Shown here one piece after another: positions 63,461 through 64,000 of a stretch of 64,000 bases of DNA. The translations under genes were made by a program, and so were the position numbers. Every line of letters starts with the position of its first letter. The first letter of the stretch is position 1. Source of the stretch: Hemiscyllium ocellatum (taxonomy: Eukaryota); contig NC_083405.1 in assembly GCF_020745735.1 (NCBI RefSeq), forward strand, positions 37,662,345 to 37,726,344. Direction: 5' to 3'. The notes beneath the pieces were generated by a model. That model had not been told where the DNA came from and did not search any database. It saw only the letters and a list, made by a program, of their open reading frames with translations.

Positions 63461-64000
63461 CTGGGATTAAAAAGATACAGTTTAATCCCTCATTGTAGCT
63501 GGGTAATTACATAGTTTTGTGACTTATTGAAAGAATAAGTTTCCTTTTCATAGAAAACTTATTTTTGAGTTCATTACAGAAGCCGGGCAGATAGATATTT
63601 CTTTTCCCTGAGTATTAATACAAAACAGAAAAAAATTGATCATTTTGAACATTAAAGGAAAGCATTTGCACTCTGGTGCAGCTTGTCGAGTAGTGGGGCT
63701 TGATCATCAGTGTGCTTCTCCTGTTAGTGTCCTAACAAGATGTACTTATTTTAATTGTACTCTTAACTTAGACTTCACTATATCACATTTCAATGCCTTT
63801 CCACTAAATTAAGTAACCATAATAATTTAACAGTCACCTCAAATTTTTGGTGAAGACCTTTATTTGGGCATCAGTAATGGAGTGTATTGTTTACCATACG
63901 GTTAATTGTTGTCACATCACCATTGTATTTGTTTTTACATTCATGTTAATTATCATTCTGTGGGCAGTCTGCCATCACAAGTAATTTCAGCCCATAAACA

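Overview
Eukaryotic, repeat-rich genomic DNA from a cartilaginous fish (shark-type), inferred from HE1-type V-SINEs and their partner CR1/HER1 LINEs. No intact host gene, rRNA, tRNA gene or CRISPR array is evident. Much of the window is transposon debris: CR1, RTE, Rex1/Babar, L2-like and Tx1-like LINEs, Penelope (Neptune-type) elements carrying minimal hammerhead ribozymes, a Gypsy LTR relic, Harbinger transposase relics and several tRNA-derived SINE families. There is also a 4.2 kb C-rich 14-bp satellite (51.2-55.4 kb). The only long uninterrupted genuine ORF is a 5'-truncated Penelope RT/GIY-YIG (61.8-63.2 kb). Between the transposons, several unique stretches read as decayed, stop-poor, helix-rich coding sequence with exon-like splice signals. 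These may be the fossil of one very large multi-exon gene, resembling FSIP2 by my recollection (unverified), lying mostly on the minus strand with a block on the plus strand. Other notable structures: a 94-bp direct repeat around an RTE insertion, a 160-bp templated insertion with a fold-back junction inside a Penelope copy, TSD-flanked hammerhead-bearing mini-elements, and tandem Tx1 tails behind a repeated 17-nt motif. Family assignments are by motif recognition only; no database search was run.
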